Source of the DNA: a bacterium
GTDB taxonomy: Bacteria > 4484-113 > JAFGCY01
Assembly (NCBI GenBank): GCA_020440645.1
Contig: JAGRNR010000009.1
Coordinates: forward strand, 5,092 to 69,091
Direction: 5' to 3'
DNA: 64,000 nt
Shown: piece after piece, positions 25,751 through 34,943 of the stretch
Layout of the letters: each line of letters opens with the position of its first letter
Numbering within the stretch: position 1 is the stretch's first letter
Notes under the pieces: generated by a model
What the model saw: only the letters and a program-made list of their open reading frames with translations
What the model was told of the DNA's origin: nothing
Database searches by the model: none
Program-made: the position numbers and the translations under genes

Positions 25751-27348
25751 AGCCGGCAGTCCAGCAGCAGCACGGTGATGTTGTCTGGCCCGCCGGCTGC
25801 ATTGGCGGCGTCCACCAGCGCCTGGGCCGTGACAGCCAGGCTGGCCTGCGCATTGGCGGCCAGCACGGCGGCGATCTCAGAGTCGCGCAGCGCATCACTC
25901 AGCCCGTCACTGCAGATGAGCAGGCGTTCGCAGGGGCCGGGGCGGAAGCTGTAGACATCGGCCTGGATCTCCAGCCCGTCGCCACCGAGGCAGCGAGTGA
26001 TCACGTTCTTGCGCGGATGGTCGAAGGCCTCATCCTCGCTCACGCTGCCGTTGTCAACCAGCTCCTGCACGAAGCTGTGGTCACGGGTGATGCGCTTCAG
26101 CGACTGCGCCGTGACCAGGTAGCAGCGGCTGTCCCCGACATTGAACACCGCCGAGCTGGCGGTCGTGTCACTGCTGAGCGTGCTGCCGGAGCCGAGCATC
26201 ACGAAGCCGCACAAGGTGGTGCCCATCCCGGCCAGCGCGGCATCGATCGCCGAGCGCTCGATCAGGGCACGGTTGATGCCGGGGATGATCGTGGCCAGCT
26301 GCATTGGCAGCACGCCGGTGTCCTGCGTCCTGGTGCTGGGTGCCGTCAGCGCGGCCTGCAGCTGCTGGCGCAGCATGGCCAGCGCAAGCGAACTGGCGAT
26401 CTCCCCGCTTTCATGACCCCCCATCCCGTCGGCCACGGCGGCGATGCTCAGCGAACTGCCGATTGCACTGTGCTGGCGCATGTCCAGCATCAGCCAGGCG
26501 TCTTCATTGTGCTGGCGCCGCATGCCGTTGTCAGTGGTGGCATGGCCCTCGAGCCTGATCCGGTGCAGGCAGCGCTGGATCTCGCTTGCCAGCATGCCGA
26601 GGCTCAGGCCAGCATTATTCTGCAGGCCGTCCAGCAGCCTGTCCAGTTCAGTCGCGATGTTTGCGGCGGGCAGCAGTTTCGGTGCCGCCAGCAGGCTGTC
26701 AACGAGCGGCCTGAGCAGGGTGACGATCTCCGAGGCGTCCGTCGGCTCTCCGGGCTGCAGTTCGCCAAAGCCCGTGAAGCGCAGTTGCCAGCCTGCCGGA
26801 GCGGTGTCCAGCCTGCGGCAGAAGCCCAGCGCATCCGCATTCAGCCGCCAGCCAAGTCCGCCGGCCTCGCAGCGCGCGAAACCTGTCGCCAGGTCATGCA
26901 TTGCATTCAGGATGTCAAGTACGCGCACGCGCAGCTGGCCGGACTCGATGCCCGCGGAGAATTCGCGGAAGCCCAGGTCCACCGGCTCGAGCGCGGCACT
27001 GAGTACAGCCGTGTCGTCAGCCAGCAGGTCACGCAGGCCGAACATTGCACCGCCCTCCAGCAGGATGCCGGGCAGTGCGTCAGCGACTGCACCGCCCTGC
27101 TCCAGCACCAGCTTGAGGAATCCGTCGGCAGCGTCCCCGGTTCCGATGCTGACGCGCTCCAGGCGCATGCCGTCCCAGCGCTGGATGGTCTCGCTCTCCT
27201 CGCGGTAGCTTGCGACATTGATCAGCGGGTCCGTCGGGTCGTCATCGGCAGGCATGGACGGAGCGGCAGCCGCGGCATCATGTGCAGCGGCCTGCTGGGC
27301 CGGCTCCTCATCTTCCCTGCGCCTGAACGGGTTCCACGACATCTGCAT
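25747..27348 (-). CDS. PP2C-family Ser/Thr phosphatase with an unknown N-terminal domain of about 280 aa
   Basis: NEDAWLM, AVADGMGGHESGEIAS, NVGDSRCYL, LTRDHS, LLICSDGLSD and GGPDNITVLLLD. Confidence 0.9.
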   Translation of the reverse strand: MQMSWNPFRRREDEEPAQQAAAHDAAAAAPSMPADDDPTDPLINVASYREESETIQRWDGMRLERVSIGTGDAADGFLKLVLEQGGAVADALPGILLEGGAMFGLRDLLADDTAVLSAALEPVDLGFREFSAGIESGQLRVRVLDILNAMHDLATGFARCEAGGLGWRLNADALGFCRRLDTAPAGWQLRFTGFGELQPGEPTDASEIVTLLRPLVDSLLAAPKLLPAANIATELDRLLDGLQNNAGLSLGMLASEIQRCLHRIRLEGHATTDNGMRRQHNEDAWLMLDMRQHSAIGSSLSIAAVADGMGGHESGEIASSLALAMLRQQLQAALTAPSTRTQDTGVLPMQLATIIPGINRALIERSAIDAALAGMGTTLCGFVMLGSGSTLSSDTTASSAVFNVGDSRCYLVTAQSLKRITRDHSFVQELVDNGSVSEDEAFDHPRKNVITRCLGGDGLEIQADVYSFRPGPCERLLICSDGLSDALRDSEIAAVLAANAQASLAVTAQALVDAANAAGGPDNITVLLLDCRL

Positions 27349-27383
27349 TCTGCTCCGGGCCGCTAGCGGCCAGCCACACGGAG

Positions 27384-27389
27384 TATACT
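27384..27389 (+). promoter_or_regulatory. -10 box TATACT, 6 nt upstream of the plsY GTG at 27396 (leaderless configuration)
   Basis: The + strand reads TATACT tcccgc GTG. Confidence 0.5.
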
Positions 27390-27395
27390 TCCCGC

Positions 27396-28061
27396 GTGCC
27401 CCTATATTACTTGACAGTGCTGGCGCTCGCCGGGTTCCTGAGTGGATCCCTGCCCTTCGGCTGGCTTGTGGCGCGGCTCGGGGGCATGGACATCCGCAAG
27501 CATGGCAGCGGCAACATCGGCATGACCAATGTCTGGCGCGTGATGGGCTGGAAAGCGGGCCTGACTGTGCTGCTGCTGGACGTGGCCAAGGGCCTGCTGC
27601 CCGTGCTGCTGGCCGGGCGCCTGATGGACACCGTCAACCCACCGGGGCTGACGATCAGTGGCCGCGCCTGGCTGCTGCTGATCACCGGGCTGGCCGCGAT
27701 CCTCGGGCATACATTCACGCCCTGGCTGAAGTTCAGGGGCGGCAAGGGTGTCGCCACCAGCCTCGGTGTGCTGATCGCGCTCTACCAGTTATGGGTGTTG
27801 GCGCCGCTTGGCGTATTCCTGCTGGCGCTGGCAATCACGCGCATGGTGAGTGTCGGCAGCATCCTCGCCGCACTGAGTGTGGGCATCCTTGCGGTGGCCG
27901 TGCCGGCACTCAGGCCCTACATGGCGTTTGGCATCCCAGTGGCTCTGCTCGTGATCTGGACGCACCGCAGCAACATCCGCCGCATCCTCGACGGCACGGA
28001 AAGCCGCGTCGGCAGCGGGAAGAAAAAGCCCGCAGCGGAGTCAACCCAGGCGGATCAGTAG
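27396..28061 (+). CDS. plsY: Glycerol-3-phosphate acyltransferase PlsY
   Basis: GSLPFGWLVARL, HGSGNIGMTNVWRVMG and GHTFTPWLKFRGGKGVATSLG. Confidence 0.95.
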   Translation: MPLYYLTVLALAGFLSGSLPFGWLVARLGGMDIRKHGSGNIGMTNVWRVMGWKAGLTVLLLDVAKGLLPVLLAGRLMDTVNPPGLTISGRAWLLLITGLAAILGHTFTPWLKFRGGKGVATSLGVLIALYQLWVLAPLGVFLLALAITRMVSVGSILAALSVGILAVAVPALRPYMAFGIPVALLVIWTHRSNIRRILDGTESRVGSGKKKPAAESTQADQ

Positions 28062-29755
28062 ATCCCGGCGGAGTGGATCGAATCCAGCATTGCCGAATAG
28101 CCCGCTGACATATGCATCAGCCAGTTCGGATAGATGCCGAGGAAGATGATCGCAGCGCCGAGTGGCAACAGCACGATGGCCTCACGCAGCGGCACACGGC
28201 CCTTCGCCGACTCCGGTGCATCCCCCGGCAGCGTGCGCTGCAGCAGGCTGATCATGTACACCGCGCTCGTCAGCACGCCGATCACCGCCAGGGCCGAGAG
28301 GATCTGCAAAAGCAGGCTGCCGTCGATGCTGCCAACCAGCACCGTCTGCCAGCCCGGCCCGTTCTCGAACGCGCCCATTAAGCTGTACAGCTCGCCCCAG
28401 AAGCCGGCCAGCGCCGGGAAGCCCATGCCGGCGAAGGCCGCCAGCGAAAGCATGCCCGCCAGGAGCGGGGCCGCGCTGCCCAGCCCAGCGATCTCATGCA
28501 CGTTGCGTGTGCCGTAGCGCCGCTCGATGCTGTCCGCCAGCAGGAACAGCGTGGTGATGATCACGCCGTGGCCCACCATGTGGTAGATCGCGCCGGTCGT
28601 TGCCAGCGGGTTCATTGCGCTGCAGCCGAGGATGATGAAGCCCATGTGGCTGATCGAGCTGTAGGCGATCATGCGCTTGATGTCGGTCTGTACCAGCGTG
28701 ACAGCCGCGCCCCAGACGATGCCGATCACCGCCAGCGTGGCAACCACCGGGCCGATCGCGTAACCCTGGTCCGGCAGCGCCCAGTACAGCACGCGCAGGA
28801 ATGCGTATGTCCCGCTCTTGAGCATCACCGCCGCGAGGATCACCGACATTTCCGCCGGGGCCTGGGTATGGGCCGGCGGCAGCCAGGTGTGCAGCGGGAA
28901 CAGCGGTGCCTTGACGGCGAAGGCCACGAGGAAGCCGAGGAAGATCCACATCCTCAGCCAGGGCACGACATCCGTATAGCCCTCGTTCAGCAGGAAGGTT
29001 GCCAGGTTCGGGATCTGGAAGCTGTAAACGCCGGCGCTGATCACCTTGCAGATGATGAGCGACATCAGCATGAACACCGAGCCGGCCATGGTGTACACGA
29101 AGAAGCGGATCGCGGCGCGCGCCGCCTTCTCGCGGTCCTTGCCCCAGCCGCCGATCAGCACGTACATCGGGATCAGCATCCATTCCCAGAACAGGTAGAG
29201 CAGCACGAAGTCCAGCGCCACGAAGGAGCCGATCAGGCCGACCTGCATGAACAGGGTCAGCGCGAGGAATTCCTTCACCCGCTCCGTGCGGTACCAGCCC
29301 CAGATGATGATCAGTGGCAACAGCGCACAGGTCATCAGCACCAGTGGCAATGACAGGCCGTCGATGCCGACGTCGTAGTGCACGCTGAAGCTGCGGCTCT
29401 CGCCGATCTTGATCGCCATCCATTCGATGTCCTGGCGGTACTGGAAGCCCGGGAACTCCGCCTGGAAGGGCGTGTACTGCCCGAGCGGCTTCAGGTCCTG
29501 CACGTTCTGCGAAGTGTCCGTGTATCCGGCGTAGGGCCGCCAGCTGGTTGCACTTTCGGGCAGCCCGGTCAGCAGCAGCACCGCAAACAGCAGGCTGAGC
29601 AGCGAGAACACCAGGGCCACGATCTTGATTGGCAGGATCTTCTTCTTCGGGATCAGGCAGACCAGCAGGCAGCCGACCAGCGGGGCCAGCATCATCTGGG
29701 TGATGGGGTTGCTGATCCACGAGATGAAGCCTATGAAACTCTGCGTCTGGTCCAA
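28055..29755 (-). CDS. nuoM: Complex I antiporter-like subunit, NuoM/ND4 homologue
   Basis: LYLFWEWMLIPMYVLIGGWG, FAVKAPLFPLHTWLPPAH, VMLKSGTYAFLR, AYSSISHMGF and GFWGEL. TTG start at 29755, preceded by GGGAGGT 8 nt upstream, directly after the nuoL TAG. Confidence 0.9.
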   Translation of the reverse strand: MDQTQSFIGFISWISNPITQMMLAPLVGCLLVCLIPKKKILPIKIVALVFSLLSLLFAVLLLTGLPESATSWRPYAGYTDTSQNVQDLKPLGQYTPFQAEFPGFQYRQDIEWMAIKIGESRSFSVHYDVGIDGLSLPLVLMTCALLPLIIIWGWYRTERVKEFLALTLFMQVGLIGSFVALDFVLLYLFWEWMLIPMYVLIGGWGKDREKAARAAIRFFVYTMAGSVFMLMSLIICKVISAGVYSFQIPNLATFLLNEGYTDVVPWLRMWIFLGFLVAFAVKAPLFPLHTWLPPAHTQAPAEMSVILAAVMLKSGTYAFLRVLYWALPDQGYAIGPVVATLAVIGIVWGAAVTLVQTDIKRMIAYSSISHMGFIILGCSAMNPLATTGAIYHMVGHGVIITTLFLLADSIERRYGTRNVHEIAGLGSAAPLLAGMLSLAAFAGMGFPALAGFWGELYSLMGAFENGPGWQTVLVGSIDGSLLLQILSALAVIGVLTSAVYMISLLQRTLPGDAPESAKGRVPLREAIVLLPLGAAIIFLGIYPNWLMHMSAGYSAMLDSIHSAGIY

Positions 29756-31918
29756 CTACTCGTACCTCCCGAGGAAGCTCTGAATGATGCGCCGCAGTGT
29801 CTCGTTGAGCGGGAAGGAGACGACAATGCACATCAGCACGGCACCCAACAGCAGCACGAACATGTAGTTCTGGATCTGCCCGTTCTGCCAGTAGCGGCCG
29901 TGCAGCCGCTTGATGATCCACCAGATCTCGCAGCACCACCAGCGGATGCCGTCGACGAAGTGCAGGTCAAGCCAGGCACTGGCATTGGCCAGCCCACGGC
30001 CGCCGCGCCCGATGCGCGTTGACAGCCAGTCGATCAGGCGGATGTCTGAAATGCCTGCAAGAATTGCGAGGAACTCGCCGAAGCCGCCCACCAGTCCCGT
30101 GAAGAAGGGCTTCAAGTACAGCCCCTCGCGGAAGAATCCGGTCACGCCTGTCAAGAGCGGGGTCGGGCTGGCCAGCCCGCGCTCCGAGGCGGAGACGAAT
30201 CCAAGCACTGCGCCGGCCAGCACCAGCACGACCGAGAGGCCGGCGGCCAGTGGTTCGAAGTTGCCTGCCCATTGCAGGTCGTGCAGCCGGCCCTCGAAAT
30301 AGGCGCGGTAGGATGGCCAGAAGGCGGCGATGCCGATGCTGCCGATGAGCGCCAGCAGGATGGAAATCACAGTCGGTCCGGCCCAGCCATTGCCTGCGGA
30401 CGCTTGCTCCGCCAGGCCATTGGCAGCCTCCTTGCCGGGGGAAGGCATCAGCCCGCTCAGCAGGCGCGCACAGTAGGCTGCGGTAAAGGGAATCGATGCG
30501 ATCAGCAGCAGCGCTCCGGCCTGCCAGTAACCCGGCATGGCGGGCATTGTGCTTGCCAGTGCGTTGCCACCGTAGTCCTGTCCGGCGCGGGACAGCAGCG
30601 CGGAGAGGATCTGGTCCTTGCCGAAGTAGCCCGCCAGCCCGATCACACCGGCCAGGCTCAGGCCGGCCGGCAGCAGGGCCAGCCAGAACAGCTGTCCGCT
30701 GGCGGGGGACTGCCTAAGGTCGTCAAAACTCGGTTCGTCGTCATTATGTGTTGCCTGGGCCTCATGCCAGCGCGCCACCACAATGCCGACCGCAAGGAAC
30801 AGCGCGGCCTTGAACCAGGCATGTGCCAGCAGCTGGAATCGCGCGGCCTCCATCGCCAGCGCCCCGCTGCCCATCACGCACAGCCCAAGCTGGCTGACCG
30901 TGCTCCAGGCCAGCAGCTTCTTCGGCTGCTGCTGGCAACAGGCCACGATCGAGCCCATGAGCATCGTCAGGCCGCCGAGCATCACCGCCCAGGCCAGCGG
31001 GGCCACGTACCAGCCGGGGTTGCCACTGTCCGCCTGCACCGGCACGACAGTTCGCCCGAACAGCAGGTCACTGGCCAACAGCGGCCCGGCCGCCACCAGA
31101 GTTGCACTGTGCAGCAGGGCACTGACCGGGGCCGGGGCCACCATCGCATCCGGCAGCCAGAATGACAGCGGCAGGAGTGCTGCCTTGCCGAGCACGGCCA
31201 GCAGGACTAATAGTCCGGCCACGATCATCCAGTTCACGGCGGACAGCTGGTCCGGTACATGCTGTGCCACCCAGCCGATGCTGACCTGGCTGAGCTGCAC
31301 CATGTGCACACCGAAGCGGCCGAAGCCGAACATGAAGATGAAGATCGCGAACAGCAGCCCGAAGTCCGTGGCGCGCGTCGTCCAGAAGGCCTGGCGCGCT
31401 GCCCGGTTGGCCTCCGGCGTGCCCTTGTGGCGGATCAGCAGGTAGCCGGCGAGGCCCATCATTTCCCAGGCGATGTACAGCAGGATCAAAGTGTCACTGA
31501 CGAGGAACAGCAGCATTGAGCCGCAGAAGAATGTCAGCAGCGCATGGAATTGCGCGGCCTTCGGGTCAGCGCGCCGCTCGCGGATTGCATACAGCAACAC
31601 CGCCACGCCGATCAGGCAGGTTGTCAGGATGAACAGCACCTGCGTGTAGTCCGCGCGCAGGGCCAGCGGGATCGGCGGGAAGGCGCGGATCTCCGTGGTG
31701 TAGCCGCTGATCCAGTTGACCATCCATACCGCGCGGCCGGTCTCGGCATCCAGTCCCGCATTGACGGCGAGCGCCATCCCGGCACTGGCCACAAGCGACA
31801 GCACGCCGAGCAGGGCCGTGACGACGGCCGGCACACGGCGCATGAGCAGGCCCGCCCCCGCCGCCAGCAGCGGCAGAAGCGCGATCAGCGGCAGCAGTCC
31901 CTGCATCTCAGGCACCAC
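29756..31918 (-). CDS. nuoL: Complex I antiporter-like subunit, NuoL/ND5 homologue with a C-terminal lateral-helix region
   Basis: AWEMMGLAGYLLI, GKAALLPLSFWLPDAMVAPAPVSALLHSATLVAAG, HAWFKAALFLAVG and C-terminal FVDGIRWW...LHGRYWQNGQIQNYMFVLLLG. AGGAGG at 31927..31922 precedes in-frame GTG codons at 31918 and 31915. Confidence 0.9.
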   Translation of the reverse strand: MVPEMQGLLPLIALLPLLAAGAGLLMRRVPAVVTALLGVLSLVASAGMALAVNAGLDAETGRAVWMVNWISGYTTEIRAFPPIPLALRADYTQVLFILTTCLIGVAVLLYAIRERRADPKAAQFHALLTFFCGSMLLFLVSDTLILLYIAWEMMGLAGYLLIRHKGTPEANRAARQAFWTTRATDFGLLFAIFIFMFGFGRFGVHMVQLSQVSIGWVAQHVPDQLSAVNWMIVAGLLVLLAVLGKAALLPLSFWLPDAMVAPAPVSALLHSATLVAAGPLLASDLLFGRTVVPVQADSGNPGWYVAPLAWAVMLGGLTMLMGSIVACCQQQPKKLLAWSTVSQLGLCVMGSGALAMEAARFQLLAHAWFKAALFLAVGIVVARWHEAQATHNDDEPSFDDLRQSPASGQLFWLALLPAGLSLAGVIGLAGYFGKDQILSALLSRAGQDYGGNALASTMPAMPGYWQAGALLLIASIPFTAAYCARLLSGLMPSPGKEAANGLAEQASAGNGWAGPTVISILLALIGSIGIAAFWPSYRAYFEGRLHDLQWAGNFEPLAAGLSVVLVLAGAVLGFVSASERGLASPTPLLTGVTGFFREGLYLKPFFTGLVGGFGEFLAILAGISDIRLIDWLSTRIGRGGRGLANASAWLDLHFVDGIRWWCCEIWWIIKRLHGRYWQNGQIQNYMFVLLLGAVLMCIVVSFPLNETLRRIIQSFLGRYE

Positions 31919-31953
31919 CCACCTCCTGCTGTGTCGTCGTCATCTGCAAGTCG

Positions 31954-32439
31954 TCAATCCTTCATCAGGTTGGCATCATCAAGCATGATGCTCTTCTTCA
32001 TGCGGTAGAAGGCGATGATGATCGCCAGCCCGACCGCAGCCTCAGCCGCAGCAACGATGATCACGAATATCGAGAACACCTGGCCCATGTTCGTCATCAC
32101 GGATTCCTCCGCGGTGAACGAGGCCAGGGTGGATTTCGGTCCGTAGTAGAAGTTGAACGCGCTCATGTTGATGTTGACGGCGTTGAGCATCAGCTCCAGC
32201 GCCAGCAGCATCCCGATCGCATTGCGCCGCGCGATCACGCCGTACAGCCCGAGGCAGAAGATGAACGCGCTGAGCACGAAGTACTGGTGGTAGTCCACGT
32301 TGGTGAACCACACCATCGGCGTGTCGCCACTTGAGGCGAACCACTGGCGCGAGGCGAACTCGATCGCCTGGATGATCGGCGCCAGGCCCTCGCTCGCCAG
32401 CGAGCCACCCTCGGACTGTTGCAGCAGCAGCAGTAACAT
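31954..32439 (-). CDS. nuoK: NuoK/ND4L homologue, extended (161 aa versus about 100)
   Basis: RRNAIGMLLALELMLNAVN and VAAAEAAVGLAIIIAFYR. The ATG at 32439 overlaps the nuoJ stop (TGATG). The track ORF (to 32652) is over-extended. Confidence 0.85.
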   Translation of the reverse strand: MLLLLLQQSEGGSLASEGLAPIIQAIEFASRQWFASSGDTPMVWFTNVDYHQYFVLSAFIFCLGLYGVIARRNAIGMLLALELMLNAVNINMSAFNFYYGPKSTLASFTAEESVMTNMGQVFSIFVIIVAAAEAAVGLAIIIAFYRMKKSIMLDDANLMKD

Positions 32440-33485
32440 CAGTCCTTCCTCACCAGGATGATCGCGCCGAGCATCGCCATGAGCAGGAGCACGCTGGCCA
32501 CTTCGAAGGGAAGTGTGTACGTTGCCATCAGCGACCAGCCGATGGCCTGGGTATTGCTTGTCAGTACTGCCGCACTGGGCGGGAACTCGGTGTTCTGCGG
32601 GAACTGCATGAACATCCCGACGAGCGCCATGAAGCCGAACAGCATCGTGCACAAAAGCGCGGCCCAGGGGCTCAGGTCAGTGTTCTGCCTGAGCTCGGTG
32701 CCGATGATGTTCTGGCTGACCATGATGCCGAACAGGAACAGCACCATGATGCCGCCGATGTAGATGATCACCTGCACCATCGCGAGGAACTCAGCGTTGA
32801 GCAGGATGAAGTAGCCGGCCACGCCGAACAGCGAAAGGATCAGCATCAGCGCGGAGTGGAACACGTTGCGCATCGTTACGCAACCGATGCCGCCGCCGAC
32901 CACGCCCGCCGTGAACAGCCAGAAGAAGAAGTTCAGCAGCCTGAGCGCGGGCACGCTGAGTGCCAGCATGCCCCAGAAGAAGGCGATGAAGCCAACGACT
33001 GTGAGGATTGCCAGCAGGCGCCGGTGGTCATGGAAGCGGTGCAGCGAAAGCTGCACGCAGGCGATCGTGCCGCCGACCAGCCCGAGGATCAGCATATTTG
33101 AAAGGTTGACAACCAGCGGCTGGAACAGCAGGGAGCTGATCACGAACACCGCCAGGCCAGCGCTGGCTGCCACCCGCAGCAGTCCGGCCTCCGCCGGCAG
33201 GCGGTTGAACAGCATCAGGTTCAGCAGGTAGAAGCCGGCGAGCATGCTGGCGCCCACCAGGATGCGTGCGTCCAGCTGCAAGGCCGCGGACCAGTCCAGT
33301 TTTCCACCCAGCGCTGCCAGCGGGGCGGCCAGCAGCGCCACAAGCACCGCGATCCCGGCCGTTGCCAGCAGCTGGCGGAAGATGCCGTCCAGCCGGTTGA
33401 CGAGCAGTCCGGCGGCCGCCAGCAACGCGGCCAGCAGGGCCACATTGCGCAGCAGCATAAGGGCGGCGGGCAGGCTGGTTTCCAT
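32439..33485 (-). CDS. nuoJ: NuoJ/ND6 homologue with an N-terminal multi-TM extension of about 170 aa
   Basis: The C-terminal half carries RNVFHSALMLILSLFGVAGYFILLNAEFLAMVQVIIYIGGIMVLFLF and PFEVASVLLLMAMLGAI. The N-terminal half is extra hydrophobic helices. Confidence 0.85.
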   Translation of the reverse strand: METSLPAALMLLRNVALLAALLAAAGLLVNRLDGIFRQLLATAGIAVLVALLAAPLAALGGKLDWSAALQLDARILVGASMLAGFYLLNLMLFNRLPAEAGLLRVAASAGLAVFVISSLLFQPLVVNLSNMLILGLVGGTIACVQLSLHRFHDHRRLLAILTVVGFIAFFWGMLALSVPALRLLNFFFWLFTAGVVGGGIGCVTMRNVFHSALMLILSLFGVAGYFILLNAEFLAMVQVIIYIGGIMVLFLFGIMVSQNIIGTELRQNTDLSPWAALLCTMLFGFMALVGMFMQFPQNTEFPPSAAVLTSNTQAIGWSLMATYTLPFEVASVLLLMAMLGAIILVRKD

Positions 33486-34480
33486 CAGGAACTCACCTCC
33501 CCGCGTGGCCGCCTGAGCGGCAGCACCAGCGCCTCGCGATTGGCAACCGGCATCGCCCAGCGCTCCTCGAACACGACGAGCGGGGTGCCGTCCGCGCGCT
33601 TCAGTTCGCCCAGCGCGGGATCATGGTCATAGCGTCCGAGGTCAACGAACAGCACCGTCGGCTGCCCGGGGGCCTGCGCGATTGCACCGCTGCCATCGGC
33701 GGCGATGATGCGCAGCGCTTCCTCCTCAGTCAGTGAGTCGACATTCAAGAGCGGCACGCCGCGGTAGGCCGCCGGCAGCTTCGGCCGGCTGCGCGGATAG
33801 TCCTCGGTGAAGGGCTCGCTCGAAGCCATCCGGGCGGTCTCGCGGAAGCCGGTCAGCACGGAGGTGCCGTAGCGGTGCACGCGGTTGCTGAAGAACCAGA
33901 ATTGGCTGAAGCCGGTTGCAAGGTAGCTCAGGTTGAGCACGAACACCAGGAACCAGAACAGCGCCCAGAGCATGAAGTAGCCGAGCTGGAACTTGAACAC
34001 GGGGAGGCTGCCGGTCTCGCGCCAGATGGCGAAGCCCTCGCCGCTGAGCAGAAGCGTCAGGTTCGGCGTGTCGGCAATGCCCTTCACGCTCATCTTCGGG
34101 TGGATGCGGTCCAGCGGGTCGAATTCCACGATGAAGAAGAACAGGATGATCACGAACAGCAGCAGACGCCAGAGCGTGAAGTCGCGCACCATCCAGCGGC
34201 TGTACTTCACAAGCGCGCCGGATGCCCACCAGAAGAAGCCGAGAATCGCCGGCAGGGCCAGCAGCAGGCCGCTAGCAGTGAACCACATCAGAGAGTACTG
34301 CTCGGAGGGCTGCTTGGAGGCATAGTCGTCAAACAGCGCGCCGTATTTCGTGTAGACGAACACCAACGTGAACCAGGACACGGCGATGAAGCCATAGAAC
34401 TTGAACCAGTCCATCGCGGTGTAGCCGAACCAGCGCTTCGGCAGCGGATGGTGGATTGTCAGGTCATGCCCGTCAGGCAT
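33485..34480 (-). CDS. Unknown polytopic membrane protein with a soluble C-terminal domain (331 aa), embedded in the complex I-like operon
   Basis: The ATG at 34480 (MPDGHDL) overlaps the upstream stop by 8 nt, and its own stop overlaps the nuoJ ATG (TGATG). Trp/Phe-rich TM segments. No cysteine at all, so it is not a NuoI ferredoxin. Confidence 0.75.
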   Translation of the reverse strand: MPDGHDLTIHHPLPKRWFGYTAMDWFKFYGFIAVSWFTLVFVYTKYGALFDDYASKQPSEQYSLMWFTASGLLLALPAILGFFWWASGALVKYSRWMVRDFTLWRLLLFVIILFFFIVEFDPLDRIHPKMSVKGIADTPNLTLLLSGEGFAIWRETGSLPVFKFQLGYFMLWALFWFLVFVLNLSYLATGFSQFWFFSNRVHRYGTSVLTGFRETARMASSEPFTEDYPRSRPKLPAAYRGVPLLNVDSLTEEEALRIIAADGSGAIAQAPGQPTVLFVDLGRYDHDPALGELKRADGTPLVVFEERWAMPVANREALVLPLRRPRGEVSS

Positions 34481-34943
34481 GCTGCACCTCCTCCACCGTT
34501 TCCGGCTCGTTGGCAGCACTGCCGCCCGCTCCTGCTGCGGCGATGTTGCGCAGCTGGGCATGGTGCCCGGGCGCCGTCACCACGAACCAGTAGAGGAAGC
34601 CGGGCAGCAACAGCAGCACCGGCCGCAGTGTGAACTGCAGTTCGTACTGCAGCCACAGCGAATACAGGCAGCCGCAGGCCGCGAAGCTCCACAGCAGGGA
34701 AGCGATGCCGGGCCGCCGCCTGAACCAGGGGTTGATCCAGGCCGCATTGCGCGCCGGCGTCAGCGGCAGCACCGCCAGCAGCAGGCCGATTGCCAGCAGG
34801 GCCAGCGGGCCGAACCACTGCGTTGTCAGCACGGGTGCCACTCCAAGCACGATGCGCAGGTACAGGCCCCAGGCCCCGGCGGCCACGAGCAGCAGCTCTC
34901 CGAGGAGATGCAGCAGGTTCTGGCTGGTTGACAGCATCCTCAT
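34473..34943 (-). CDS. Unknown small membrane protein (156 aa, about 4 TM), embedded in the complex I-like operon
   Basis: The ATG at 34943 overlaps the nuoH stop (ATGA). Sequence MRMLSTSQNLLHLLGELLLVAAGAWGLYLRIVLGV... The track ORF (to 35042) is over-extended into nuoH. Confidence 0.7.
   Translation of the reverse strand: MRMLSTSQNLLHLLGELLLVAAGAWGLYLRIVLGVAPVLTTQWFGPLALLAIGLLLAVLPLTPARNAAWINPWFRRRPGIASLLWSFAACGCLYSLWLQYELQFTLRPVLLLLPGFLYWFVVTAPGHHAQLRNIAAAGAGGSAANEPETVEEVQHA

Noticed and set aside
32416-32439. The N-terminal peptide MLLLLLQQS of the NuoK homologue resembles MLLLLQQS of the MscS-family protein (8879)
   Set aside because: The match is short and low-complexity, the underlying codons differ, and there is no further similarity, so I treat it as chance.
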